Source: Thermoproteota archaeon (GTDB taxonomy: Archaea; Korarchaeota; Korarchaeia; Korarchaeales; Korarchaeaceae). Taken from it: a DNA stretch of 64,000 nt. A program made the position numbers and the translations under genes. The notes beneath the pieces were generated by a model, which made no database searches, was not told the DNA's origin, and saw nothing but the letters and a program-made list of their open reading frames with translations. Location of the stretch: assembly GCA_027491915.1 (NCBI GenBank), contig JAOZGC010000004.1, positions 32,001 through 96,000 of the forward strand. Reading direction: 5' to 3'. The number at the start of each line of letters is the position of its first letter. The stretch's first letter is position 1. This document shows, in pieces, positions 8,385 to 17,897 of this stretch.

Positions 8385-9042
8385 TGGCGTGTTTCGGGTA
8401 GAACGGACCCAGATCGATAAGCTCCAGCGGCCTCAGCCCTCCCCTCCTCAGCTCTTCCCTTATCCCCTCGTAGACCTCCTTAGGGGGGAGTCGCACGTCG
8501 ACACTGCTGGCCTTGACCGCCAAGATGACGTGACCCCCGTCCTTGAGGTAGAACTCGGAGTTCTCGACGACGATCCTGCCCTGGTCCGGCTGGGCCACGT
8601 CGGCGTACAGGACGTCCACCTCCTCGACCAGGTGGGCGTAGGACTCTGGCCTGCGGGCCGATCCCAGTATGGGGACTATGTTCTTCCTGACCCGGGCGAC
8701 CCTGAGGAGGTCTCTCATTGGCCGGTGGGCGACCTCCACTCCGTATATCACCCCTTCCCACCCGACCATATCGCTGAAGTGGGAGGCGGTCGTCCCGGAT
8801 GCTATTCCCAGGTATAGGATCTTGGTGCCTCGGGACACCGGCAGGGTCCTGATCCCCCTCAGGATGGCCGCCGCCGGCTTGGATCTGTGGGGGGACCATA
8901 TCCTGTATTCTCTGCCCGAAACCCTCCTGACGACCTCGTCATAGCTCCTGAACCCGGGAACCAGGTTTAAGGTCGCCAGCTGAGATCGGCCGTCCCTAAT
9001 TACGTAGACCCGGTCGAATCTCGGGTGGCGCCTAACCCTCAT
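8362..9042 (-). CDS. flpA: Fibrillarin rRNA/tRNA 2'-O-methyltransferase
   Basis: YRIWSPHRSK, ILYLGIASGTTASH, DVAQPDQ. Confidence 0.96.
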   Translation of the reverse strand: MRVRRHPRFDRVYVIRDGRSQLATLNLVPGFRSYDEVVRRVSGREYRIWSPHRSKPAAAILRGIRTLPVSRGTKILYLGIASGTTASHFSDMVGWEGVIYGVEVAHRPMRDLLRVARVRKNIVPILGSARRPESYAHLVEEVDVLYADVAQPDQGRIVVENSEFYLKDGGHVILAVKASSVDVRLPPKEVYEGIREELRRGGLRPLELIDLGPFYPKHAIIAAKRS

Positions 9043-10177
9043 GGGGAGACCTCCCCCCGCCGCCTTCCCTCCTTATCTTGGCCAGCTTCTCGTCCACCTC
9101 TCTCCGCAGCCTGTCACCCTCGTACCTGCCCCCGCCGAAGAAATCTATCCTCGCGGCTATGGCTGCCTTAGAGGCCAGGAGTCGGGCGATCTTTCCCCTC
9201 AGCTTCTTCGGCGCCGTCCTCACCTCCTTGGCCTGGAAGAGGACCCCGTGCTTTGGCGGCCTGGTCCCCCTGGTTAGATGCAGGAAGACGGCCCTCTGGG
9301 CCCCGAGTATTTGTATTGTGCTGGCCGGCATGGCGGCCAGCTTCTCGAGACCGCCAGCGGTGGCTATCAGCCTGGCGGCCACGAGGGGACCAAGGACAGC
9401 CGTCAGGTTCGGAGCCACCTTGGGGAGGAGCCTCCTCAAGTAGTCCTCCACCTTCTCCCTGCTCTCGTATAGGTCGAGCCACCTTCTGGTAACCTCCCTC
9501 ACTATCCCCAGATCTTCCTCGCCCAGATCAGCCCCCATAGATCGGCAGGCGGCCGACCTTATCTTATCGGCGACCTCTCGGGGAACCAGGTTTCTGATCC
9601 TACCCCCCTCACAGATCTCTCTCCTATCTCCCAATTCGACAATCAGTTTAGCGTACAGGCCGTGGTCCTCCACCGTGGAATCCATCTCTGGGAAGTGTAT
9701 CGAGTACCACTCCCTTATCGCCGGTATGAGCAGGTTGAGGGATCTGTTCAGGTGATCTAGGTAGTCGACCGCCCTCGCGACGAGGAGGTCCATCCTGCCG
9801 AGCTCCTCCCTCACCCCGAGGGAGGCGAGAGCCGCGGCCGTCGACGAGACCCTGCCCAGGTAGTCTCCGACCCCGAGGCTGGCGGCCAGCTCCCTGTACC
9901 TCGCCCTGATCTCCCTACAAGATGCCGGATCTATCCTAACCGGCATGCCGGCCAGCTCCGAGATCGGGGATCTCGGCTGAAAGCACAGCGTGATTCGACC
10001 GCCCTCCTCCCTCAACTCCTCGACGAGCTCCACCAGCTCTCGTGGCAGCTCTCCCCTTAACACGGAGGACACGAAGTCGGCGGCCTCGGACGGATCCTCC
10101 GGGGCCGGCCTCCCCCACATCACCTCGCCGTCCCTGAGGAGGGCGAGCCCCGCCGGGTGCAGGACCAATCTCAGCAT
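9032..10177 (-). CDS. nop5: C/D box RNP subunit Nop5/Nop56
   Basis: REWYSIHFPE, APNL, PASTIQILGA, PPKHG, RGKIAR motifs; adjacent to fibrillarin. Confidence 0.95.
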   Translation of the reverse strand: MLRLVLHPAGLALLRDGEVMWGRPAPEDPSEAADFVSSVLRGELPRELVELVEELREEGGRITLCFQPRSPISELAGMPVRIDPASCREIRARYRELAASLGVGDYLGRVSSTAAALASLGVREELGRMDLLVARAVDYLDHLNRSLNLLIPAIREWYSIHFPEMDSTVEDHGLYAKLIVELGDRREICEGGRIRNLVPREVADKIRSAACRSMGADLGEEDLGIVREVTRRWLDLYESREKVEDYLRRLLPKVAPNLTAVLGPLVAARLIATAGGLEKLAAMPASTIQILGAQRAVFLHLTRGTRPPKHGVLFQAKEVRTAPKKLRGKIARLLASKAAIAARIDFFGGGRYEGDRLRREVDEKLAKIRREGGGGRSPHEG

Positions 10178-10249
10178 TGGGTCAGCCCCTGCCCGCCCTG
10201 CCCGGCGCCGCCTCCCTTAAAACGTCCCCGGCGGGACCAGGGTCTGAAC

Positions 10250-10417
10250 TCAGAGCGGGTTCTGCCCCGGCCTCCTTCCGAGCAGAAACCTCTTCTTGTA
10301 GTTCTTCCTCAACCGAACCCTCGGGATTGGGGATCTCCTCTCCCTCCTCTCGACCTTCGGCGTAAGCGACCTGACCTTCCCGGCCTTGTTTAGCGCGCCG
10401 TGCGTTCCCCTGGGCAT
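10250..10417 (-). CDS. rps30e: 30S ribosomal protein eS30 (55 aa, below the ORF-track cutoff)
   Basis: Manual translation MPRGTHGALNKAGKVRSLTPKVERRERRSPIPRVRLRKNYKKRFLLGRRPGQNPL*; GGTGA SD 4 nt upstream. Confidence 0.93.
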   Translation of the reverse strand: MPRGTHGALNKAGKVRSLTPKVERRERRSPIPRVRLRKNYKKRFLLGRRPGQNPL

Positions 10418-10421
10418 AACC

Positions 10422-12458
10422 TCACCCGTCCCCAGAACGGGGGGACGCGGTGGTATTTAAGCGATCATCTCCGCCGGACAGCCCAGACCTGTACTCTTCC
10501 AATATCCGGAGGACCGATCCCGTCTCCCCGCCGGGCCCCTTCCCTGCGCCGGCCTCGCGCCTCGCCCTGGCGATCTCGGCCGCGACCTCCTCCCTGACTA
10601 AGGGGGTGATCCCCCTCCAGGCTATCCTGACGTCAAAGCCATCCACTATCGGGATCCCCGCCCCCTCCAAGAAGGTCATCACGTCGCTACTGGGATACGG
10701 GCCGCGGATTATCAGCCCGGATATTCCCAGCGACGCCAGCATCTTGGCCGACCTCATCCCGGCGACGGAGGCGTCGAAGGTAAGCAGGACATCCCCCTTG
10801 ACCACCTCCCCCCTCGATATGGCCTCCTCCAACACGTCCCTGGCCAGCGACTCCACGAACTTCACCCCAATCCACCCATCGCCCACGTCTCCCTGGGAGG
10901 CAATAGATCTCATCTCTGATCTGAGGAGCTCGTTGCGCCACATCTCCCTTCTGAGCCTCTCTTCCAGTTCCCTGATCCTCCCCTCCAAAGCAGATATCAG
11001 CCTCTCCCTCCTGACCTCGATGCTCATCTCCCTCTTGAGATCCTCGAGCGCCCGCCTGAGTTCCTCCACCTCCCTCTCCTTCTCCCTCACCAGGTCCCTG
11101 AGGTATGAGATCTCCTCCTCCAGGATCTTGATCCTCTCCGAGATACGGCGGGTTCTCCCCCTCGATTCCCTCTTCCTGGCCGCTATCTCTGCCTCCCGCG
11201 GGACCACCATCACCCCACCGCCGGAGGAGGCCAGCCTGGCCGCCTCCGATATGGAATACCCCCTCATCAGGAGCTCGTACATCCTGACCTTGCTCACCCG
11301 GAGTTTCCTCTCCCTCACGTAGGCGTCCGCCTTCTTGAACAGATTCTTGTACCTCATCATGATCCTGATCAGGGGGGCCAGGGCGTCCCTCTCGTGGGAG
11401 CTTCCCACTCTTATTCCCTCCCTCTCTGAGAACTCCCTCACCAGCCTGTTCTTCTCGTCCACCCTCATGGTCTCCCTCACCGTCAGCAGCCTGGCCCCGA
11501 CCATCTGGGCAACCTTCTGAACGCTCTTCGGAGTTGGAAAGGTGTCGGTCGTTATTATCACCGGATACCCGTGTTCCACTATGGCCTCTATTATCTCAGA
11601 CCTGGAGGCCCTCCTTATCGTCTGCAGGCTCAGGATCCTGCCCTCGAGATCCATCACGGCGAGCCCCACGGACATGCCGGGGTCTATGCCGACGGCCACC
11701 GGGCGCCTCTCCCACCCGCGTCTGCCCGGGGAGACCTCCAGGGTCCTCTTCCAGGAGTCCCTCAGGGTGACCCTTATGGGCCCCCACTCGTGCTCCCTCA
11801 CCATCTGCCTGACGACGGACTTTGGGGCGTAGACGACGAACTCAGCCCTCTTCAGCCCACCCGCCCCCTTCTCGACGTAGAGGTCGTAGTCTATGCCCGC
11901 CCTGTCCAGGGCCGCCGCTAGATCGTTGGCCTCGCTCAGTATTCCGGACTCTATGGATCTCCTCCACCTCTCGGTGCCGGAGCCCCCCTGCCTCACGCTC
12001 CTGTTCTTCGTTATCAGGACCCTGCACTCCGACCTCCGACCTGCCACCTCTGCGCCGTATCCCCTGGCGGCCAGCTCGGCTATCACCTCGGCGGACCTCT
12101 TGGGGTCCATCTTTCCCCCGTCCCAAAGCCCCTCCCTCCTGGCTATCCTCTCGAGCCCCTCTCCGCCGCCGAAGGGTCCGGTAACCTGCACCACCCTGAC
12201 GTCGTCTGGGAGCTCTCTCAGGAAGGCCGCAAGCTCGCCCGAGCTACCTACTATCTCGTATATGTTGTCCACCGCGAGTAGAGATGGCCTCACCCTCTTT
12301 ATCGTGGCCAAGAGGCCTGACCTGTTCGTCTCCAAGTACCTCTTTTCTCCCCCCGACAGGAGGACCACGGAGTAGGTGGCCCTCCCTCCCCTGGGGGAGC
12401 CAGCCTTTATGTCCACCGCTATTATCGGGCCGGACCCCCTCCACGGGCGGTGGTCCAT
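10422..12458 (-). CDS. DUF460-family protein (RNase H-like domain plus coiled coil)
   Basis: LAVDNIYEI, VGIDPGMSVGLA and HERDALA motifs followed by a long coiled coil. Confidence 0.8.
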   Translation of the reverse strand: MDHRPWRGSGPIIAVDIKAGSPRGGRATYSVVLLSGGEKRYLETNRSGLLATIKRVRPSLLAVDNIYEIVGSSGELAAFLRELPDDVRVVQVTGPFGGGEGLERIARREGLWDGGKMDPKRSAEVIAELAARGYGAEVAGRRSECRVLITKNRSVRQGGSGTERWRRSIESGILSEANDLAAALDRAGIDYDLYVEKGAGGLKRAEFVVYAPKSVVRQMVREHEWGPIRVTLRDSWKRTLEVSPGRRGWERRPVAVGIDPGMSVGLAVMDLEGRILSLQTIRRASRSEIIEAIVEHGYPVIITTDTFPTPKSVQKVAQMVGARLLTVRETMRVDEKNRLVREFSEREGIRVGSSHERDALAPLIRIMMRYKNLFKKADAYVRERKLRVSKVRMYELLMRGYSISEAARLASSGGGVMVVPREAEIAARKRESRGRTRRISERIKILEEEISYLRDLVREKEREVEELRRALEDLKREMSIEVRRERLISALEGRIRELEERLRREMWRNELLRSEMRSIASQGDVGDGWIGVKFVESLARDVLEEAISRGEVVKGDVLLTFDASVAGMRSAKMLASLGISGLIIRGPYPSSDVMTFLEGAGIPIVDGFDVRIAWRGITPLVREEVAAEIARARREAGAGKGPGGETGSVLRILEEYRSGLSGGDDRLNTTASPRSGDG

Positions 12459-12514
12459 GCTCCCCTAGCCGACGGGCGAGGGATGTTTAAACGTTCGGGC
12501 CCCGGAATGCCGGG

Positions 12515-13855
12515 ATGTCCGGGATCTCAGCCCGCGCCGCGCTGCTGATCGCGCTGATCCCCCTGTCGGTTCTCACCGTCTCGTGCGAGGAATACGGTGC
12601 GAGGCTCAGCGTGCGCGCGGGCGATCCCGTGTGCTTCTCAGGCCTAAGCTGCGCCTTCACCGTCGAGTTCACCGACGAGAGCCCCGTCCCGGCGGACCTC
12701 AGCAGGATCACCCTGATCCTACCCTGGGGCGGCGAGTCCGTCCTGAGGGATCCTCCCCTAAGGGTCGAGCCGGGCCAGACCGCCAAGATCAACTTGACCT
12801 TCCTGATCCCCCCCAACGTCTCCCAGGGCTTCTACCCAGTCCAGGCTCAGGCGTCATACTCCCTGGCTGGCAGGAGCCTCTCCGTCAATTCTCCCAGATC
12901 GGTGTTCTTGGTCAGGGTCCCGACCGTGGAGCTGTCCCTGGACCTGGATCCCCCGGACGTGGTGGCGCCCGGCGCCGAGCTTCCCGTGGTAGTCCTGTAC
13001 TCTGTAGAATCCCCCTCGACCAGCGACTCCCCCCGCCTCACGGCGCTGCTCAACGGCTCCGCGGTCGAGGACGTGGACCTGCCCAACCTCACTGGAACCC
13101 ACGCCTTCGTGCTGAGGACTCCCGCCCGGGGGAGGAGGTTGATACTGAGCGTGAGGCTGTCGATCGGAGGGTACGGGGAGGAGAAGGTCTTCGCCATAAG
13201 GCTGGGCGCGGGTTTCGATTCGGCCAGGGCCTCATCGCTGATCTCGGCCGCTAGGTCTCTCTTCAAGCAGGCCTCCTCTCTCTACACGGGGGCGGGGGAG
13301 AGGGGGGTCGCCCTGCCGCCGGAGGTTGCAAACGAGGTGACCGTGGCGTCCGTGTGGCTGAGGGAGGCAGAGAGGGCCTTCAACGAGAGCAACGCCTCGG
13401 CCATAAACCTGAGCATAAGGTCCATGAACGCCTCGAGCGCCGCGATATCCAGGGTGCTATCCTCCCTCAGGGAGGACATCCTCCGCGCCGCATCCGAGGT
13501 AAACGGCACCCTCAAAAGGGTCTTAGAGCTCGGGGCCGACAGGTCAGACGTTTTGGAGGTGAGGGCTCTCTTGAGATCCGCCACCTCGATGGCGGACGTG
13601 TTGATTGAGGATCCCAACAAGGCCTTGGAGAGATACGACTCTGCCAGGAGCTTGATAGAGTCCGCCGAGGACTCAGCAAGCGAACTCCTGAGGGGGTTGG
13701 AGGAGGCCGCCGCGCTCTCCGCCATCCTCTCCTGGGCGGCCGCCGCGCTGTCCATGCTCTTGGTGCCCTACGGTGGGATAAGGATATATCGGCGGATCTC
13801 GCCGGGGGGGCCAGAGAATGTGCGGGATAATAGGGGTGACCCTGGCCGCGGGTGA
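12515..13855 (+). CDS. Secreted/membrane-anchored hypothetical protein (beta-sandwich domains, helical bundle, C-terminal TM)
   Basis: Signal-peptide-like N-terminus, N-x-S/T sequons, C-terminal hydrophobic helix followed by basic residues. Confidence 0.65.
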   Translation: MSGISARAALLIALIPLSVLTVSCEEYGARLSVRAGDPVCFSGLSCAFTVEFTDESPVPADLSRITLILPWGGESVLRDPPLRVEPGQTAKINLTFLIPPNVSQGFYPVQAQASYSLAGRSLSVNSPRSVFLVRVPTVELSLDLDPPDVVAPGAELPVVVLYSVESPSTSDSPRLTALLNGSAVEDVDLPNLTGTHAFVLRTPARGRRLILSVRLSIGGYGEEKVFAIRLGAGFDSARASSLISAARSLFKQASSLYTGAGERGVALPPEVANEVTVASVWLREAERAFNESNASAINLSIRSMNASSAAISRVLSSLREDILRAASEVNGTLKRVLELGADRSDVLEVRALLRSATSMADVLIEDPNKALERYDSARSLIESAEDSASELLRGLEEAAALSAILSWAAAALSMLLVPYGGIRIYRRISPGGPENVRDNRGDPGRG

Positions 13856-15650
13856 CGCGATACGCCTCCTACTCGGAGGCCTGAAGAGGTTGGAATACAG
13901 GGGATACGACTCGGCGGGCATAGCCGTGGTGGGGAAATCCGGGCTCAGCGTGATCAAGGAGGTGGGCCCCGTCTCGGACCTGATAAGGAAGGTCTCCTCC
14001 TCACCGATCTCCGGGAGGACCGGGGTTGGCCACACAAGGTGGGCCACCCACGGCGGCGTCTCCGTCACCAACGCCCACCCCCACGTGGACTGCTCCGGTA
14101 ACCTGGCTGTCGTCCACAACGGGATAATAGAGAACTACTCCGAGCTCAGGGAGGTCCTGATCTCCAGGGGGCACACCTTCAGATCGGAGACCGACACCGA
14201 GGTGGTCGCCCACATGATCGAGGAGGAGCTCTCTGCCGGAAATCCCCCGCCGGAGGCCGTGGCTAAGGTGGCCTCCCAGCTCCTCGGGACGTTCGCGCTC
14301 GCCGTGGTGATGGCCGGATCGGACTCCATTCTCCTGGCCCGCCGCGGCAGCCCCCTGGTCATAGGGGTGGGGGATGGGGAGATGTACTGCGCGTCGGACA
14401 TAGCAGCCTTCATCGACAGGACCAGGAGGATAATCACCATGGGAGACGATGAGGTCGCCGAGATAAGTCCCGGGGGGGTGAGGATGTGGGACGTCTCGGG
14501 CGGCGAGATGAGGGAGGTGTCCAGGAGCCCCCAGGTCGTTGAGTGGGCCGCGACCGAGGTGTCGAAGGGTTCCCTCCCACACTTCATGCTGAAGGAGATA
14601 TACGAGCAGCCCGAGTCGGTCGGTAGGGCCGTAGATCAGGCCCTCACGTACTCGGATAGGGCCGTAGATGAGATACTGAGGGCGGTCGAGGGTGGCCGCA
14701 GGATATACTTCGCCGCCGCCGGGACCTCTTATCACTCCTCCCTGGTGGGGAAGTTCCTCTTCTCCTCCCTGGCCCGGGTTCCCTCAGAGTCGGTCATAGC
14801 CTCGGAATTCAAAGAGTGGGCCCTGCCCTCCCTGTCGGAGGGGGACGTCGTCTTCGCCATAAGCCAGTCTGGCGAGACGGCCGACGTGTTGACCGCGGTG
14901 AGGGCCGCGAAGAGGTCCGGGGCGAGGGTCATCTCGCTGGTGAACGTCCCCGCCTCGACCCTGACCAGGGAGTCGCACGAGGTCCTGTACACGGCCGCCG
15001 GGCCGGAGGTTGGGGTGGCCGCGACCAAGACCTACACGGCCCAGGTTGCCGTCCTCTCGGTTCTGGCCTCCAAGCTGGCGGTGAGCCTGGGCAGAGAGGT
15101 CGGCAGGGCGAGATCCCTCCTGAGGGCCGTGAGGGAGGTACCCGATGTGATCAGGAGGCAGATCGGCTCGTGGGACGAGGAGGCCTCCGCGGCGAGCGGG
15201 AAGTTGAAGGGTGCGAGGAGCGTCTACTTCCTGGGGAGGGGGATCAACGTGGCGACCTCGCTGGAGGGGGCCCTCAAGCTCAAGGAGATAAGCTACATAC
15301 ACGCCGAGGGGTTCCCCGGCGGCGAGTACAAGCACGGCCCCCTGGCGCTGATATCCGAGGGCGTGCCCGCCGTGGCCGTGATCCCCGTCGACGAGGGGCT
15401 CAGGAGGCTCATGGTCAGCAACGTGATGGAGGTCAAGGCCAGGGGCGCCCTGGTGATATCCGTCGGTCCGGGGGGCGCGGGGGATCCCTCCGACCTGCGC
15501 ATCCGGGTCGACCTGGGCGGACTCCCGGAGGAGGCGACCCCCATCGTGTACGCCGTCCCGCTCCAGCTCCTCGCATACAGGACGGCCGTCCTCCTCGGGA
15601 GGAACCCAGACAGGCCGAGGAACCTGGCCAAGAGCGTCACCGTGATATGA
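13818..15650 (+). CDS. glmS: Glutamine--fructose-6-phosphate aminotransferase
   Basis: MCGI, LEYRGYDSAG, GHTRWATHG, SQSGETAD, PRNLAKSVTV. Confidence 0.97.
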   Translation: MCGIIGVTLAAGDAIRLLLGGLKRLEYRGYDSAGIAVVGKSGLSVIKEVGPVSDLIRKVSSSPISGRTGVGHTRWATHGGVSVTNAHPHVDCSGNLAVVHNGIIENYSELREVLISRGHTFRSETDTEVVAHMIEEELSAGNPPPEAVAKVASQLLGTFALAVVMAGSDSILLARRGSPLVIGVGDGEMYCASDIAAFIDRTRRIITMGDDEVAEISPGGVRMWDVSGGEMREVSRSPQVVEWAATEVSKGSLPHFMLKEIYEQPESVGRAVDQALTYSDRAVDEILRAVEGGRRIYFAAAGTSYHSSLVGKFLFSSLARVPSESVIASEFKEWALPSLSEGDVVFAISQSGETADVLTAVRAAKRSGARVISLVNVPASTLTRESHEVLYTAAGPEVGVAATKTYTAQVAVLSVLASKLAVSLGREVGRARSLLRAVREVPDVIRRQIGSWDEEASAASGKLKGARSVYFLGRGINVATSLEGALKLKEISYIHAEGFPGGEYKHGPLALISEGVPAVAVIPVDEGLRRLMVSNVMEVKARGALVISVGPGGAGDPSDLRIRVDLGGLPEEATPIVYAVPLQLLAYRTAVLLGRNPDRPRNLAKSVTVI

Positions 15651-15666
15651 CTCCCATTCGCGTACC

Positions 15667-15912
15667 TCACTCCTCCAGGGTTATGAACAGCACGTTGTTC
15701 CCCCTTATGAAGAGGGTGCCGACGCTCCTCACGATCTCCTTGGTCCTGAGATCCCTCTCTTTGGCATCCTCCAGGACTATGTTCATCATGTCGTCGAAGC
15801 TGGTGAGCCTGCCCACCAGCTCGATCCCGTTCTTCAGCCGAACCACCACCTCCCCGCCGTGGGATCTCCTCAGGTAAGACAGGGGACCCTGACCTCCTCC
15901 CTGCAAAACCAT
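15667..15912 (-). CDS. Sm-like (Lsm) RNA-binding protein
   Basis: VVVRLKNG..GRLTSFDDMMNIVLEDA..GTLFIRGNNV Sm1/Sm2 motifs; start placed at ATG 15912. Confidence 0.92.
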   Translation of the reverse strand: MVLQGGGQGPLSYLRRSHGGEVVVRLKNGIELVGRLTSFDDMMNIVLEDAKERDLRTKEIVRSVGTLFIRGNNVLFITLEE

Positions 15913-15995
15913 CACCAGCGCGGCCTCTCTCGGACCCCCTGGGGGTCTCGGCCAGTCCACCGGAGATCCCGGGCCAATATAAACCTGCTCCGGGA

Positions 15996-16610
15996 TCACC
16001 TGGAACTCAGGGCTATCCTCTCGATCTCCTCCTTCCTCTTTATGGCGTAACTCTTCGACGCGTCGTAGTTGGCGGCGGCGATGATCTCGTCGGCCAGCGC
16101 CTCGGCCAGGCTCCTGGGGCTCCTGAAGGCCTTCATGGCCGCGCCCACCGCGATGTGCCTGATGGCCAGGTCCACCATCCTCGAGGGCGACGTGTCCACG
16201 GCGTGGAAGTACCTCACCCCACCGTACATTATCCTGGTCACCTCCTCCCTTATCGCCGAGTTCTCTATCGCCCTGACGAGCACGGATATTGGGTTCTCCC
16301 CGGTGCGCAGCTCTATTATCCTGAAGGCGTACTTCACGGTCCTGAGCGCCTTAAGCTTCTTACCGGGATTCTTGCTGTTGACCCTGTCCTTCTTGGATCT
16401 AGCGTTTATCGCCTGCGACATCAGCCTGTTGACGAGCCTCTCGACTATCAAGAGGTCGTGCTTCCCGAAGTGCCTGTGCTCGTGCCGTCCCCCGGTGTGC
16501 GGGAGGTATCTTGGGGAGAGCCCTATGAAGGGCTCGAGCGCGGCCTCGCTGACCCTCACCCCCTCGAAGCTCCAGATGCCAAAGAGCTTTATCTCCCTCT
16601 CCCTATTTGA
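15996..16610 (-). CDS. rps7: 30S ribosomal protein uS7
   Basis: [43 protein letters not shown]; TTG start after GGTGA. Confidence 0.96.
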   Translation of the reverse strand, partial: SNREREIKLFGIWSFEGVRVSEAALEPFIGLSPRYLPHTGGRHEHRHFGKHDLLIVERLVNRLMSQAINARSKKDRVNSKNPGKKLKALRTVKYAFRIIELRTGENPISVLVRAIENSAIREEVTRIMYGGVRYFHAVDTSPSRMVDLAIRHIAVGAAMKAFRSPRSLAEALADEIIAAANYDASKSYAIKRKEEIERIALSSR

Positions 16611-16618
16611 CAAAAATA

Positions 16619-17059
16619 TCACCTTGTGGGCTTCTCTTTCTTACCACTGAGTATCGCTTGCAGGGAAACTCCGTTGACTTTTATGACCTGGTATCTCACT
16701 CCCGGTATGTCCCCCACGCTCCTGCCCCGGGATCCTCCTATACCGGCCACCAGCACCTCGTCGTGCTCGTCTATGACATTGAGCGCCCCGTCTCCCGGCG
16801 CGAAAGCCGTTATCACCACCCCATTCTTGGCCAGCTGCACCCTGACGGCCTTCCTCAGGCCGGAGTGAGGTTGCCTGGCCTCCAGGCCGACCTTCTCGAT
16901 GACTATTCCCTTGGCCATGGGTGCACCCTCCAGGGGTTCGAACCTCTCCTTCAACCTGAGAACCCTCCTCCTGTACTTCCAATCCTTCCATCTCTTCCTC
17001 TTGCTCTTCTCCCTCAGTTTCCTCGCCGCGTAGAGCCCGAGCGGGGACTTCTTGGTCAT
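16619..17059 (-). CDS. rps12: 30S ribosomal protein uS12
   Basis: [31 protein letters not shown]. Confidence 0.97.
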   Translation of the reverse strand: MTKKSPLGLYAARKLREKSKRKRWKDWKYRRRVLRLKERFEPLEGAPMAKGIVIEKVGLEARQPHSGLRKAVRVQLAKNGVVITAFAPGDGALNVIDEHDEVLVAGIGGSRGRSVGDIPGVRYQVIKVNGVSLQAILSGKKEKPTR

Positions 17060-17091
17060 CTCGAACCTCCCCTCACTCCGTCGATCCCACC

Positions 17092-17544
17092 TCATCGGCC
17101 CGATATTTTAACGTTGCCTATTCCAAACCACCTCTTGACGAGTTTCCTGGCCCTGTTTATCCTCCTCCCGCCTCTGCCTATGGCTATACTCATGTCCTCC
17201 CCCCTGACTACCACGTGGGCCACCTTGCCCCTCTTCACCTCCCTTATTTTGACGTCGAGCACCCTGGCCGGTCTGAGTATGTTGGCTATGAACTTCCCCG
17301 GATCCCCGCTGAACTCCACCACGTCCAGCGACCTCCCGAGGTCCCTCTCCAGGATCTGCCTCATGAGCCTGAGGTTCTCCCCCCTCCTCCCCAGAACCCT
17401 GGCCATGTCGCCCTCCTCTACCACGAAGACCAGCTTTCCCTCCTCCTCGACGACGTCCTTCGGGACAATCCCCGACAGGTCCCTGAAGAGCTGCAGGAAC
17501 CTCATCTGCGACTCGTTTATCACTACCTTCGGTATTTGGGTCAC
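17092..17544 (-). CDS. nusA: Archaeal NusA (two KH domains)
   Basis: LGRRGEN and AIGRGGRRI GxxG loops; canonical position in the operon. Confidence 0.92.
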   Translation of the reverse strand: MTQIPKVVINESQMRFLQLFRDLSGIVPKDVVEEEGKLVFVVEEGDMARVLGRRGENLRLMRQILERDLGRSLDVVEFSGDPGKFIANILRPARVLDVKIREVKRGKVAHVVVRGEDMSIAIGRGGRRINRARKLVKRWFGIGNVKISGR

Positions 17545-17582
17545 CCCGCCACCCTAATTCCCGCCAACCCCCTCGCTCCTCC

Positions 17583-17897
17583 TCACTCCTCCTCGATTCC
17601 GGCCGAGGTCAGTATGGAGGACTCCCCCGGATCCATGACGGCCAGGACCGACACGAAGAAGGGTTTCCTGAGCATCCTGCCCAGGTCCAGGCTGCCGCCG
17701 TGCGTGAGCAGGGGGACTCCAGCCACGCTGCACAGATGCTGGATCTCCAGCCTAGCTTCTTCGGGGGCATTTTTTGCCAATATCACCAATTTGGGCCTCT
17801 CCTTACCCGTCTTCAGGAGCCTGATCACCTTTCTGGCACCGTAAACTACGGTGCCCGTCGTGTATGCCAGCCAGACTTCTCTACTCAGATCGGCCAA
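17583..17897 (-). CDS. rpl30e: 50S ribosomal protein eL30
   Basis: TGTVVYGAR, LVILAKN, LGRMLRKPF, DPGESSIL. Confidence 0.94.
   Translation of the reverse strand: MADLSREVWLAYTTGTVVYGARKVIRLLKTGKERPKLVILAKNAPEEARLEIQHLCSVAGVPLLTHGGSLDLGRMLRKPFFVSVLAVMDPGESSILTSAGIEEE

Noticed and set aside
10200-10420. Apparent intergenic gap that might hold a structured ncRNA
   Set aside because: It encodes rps30e on the minus strand, below the ORF-track length cutoff
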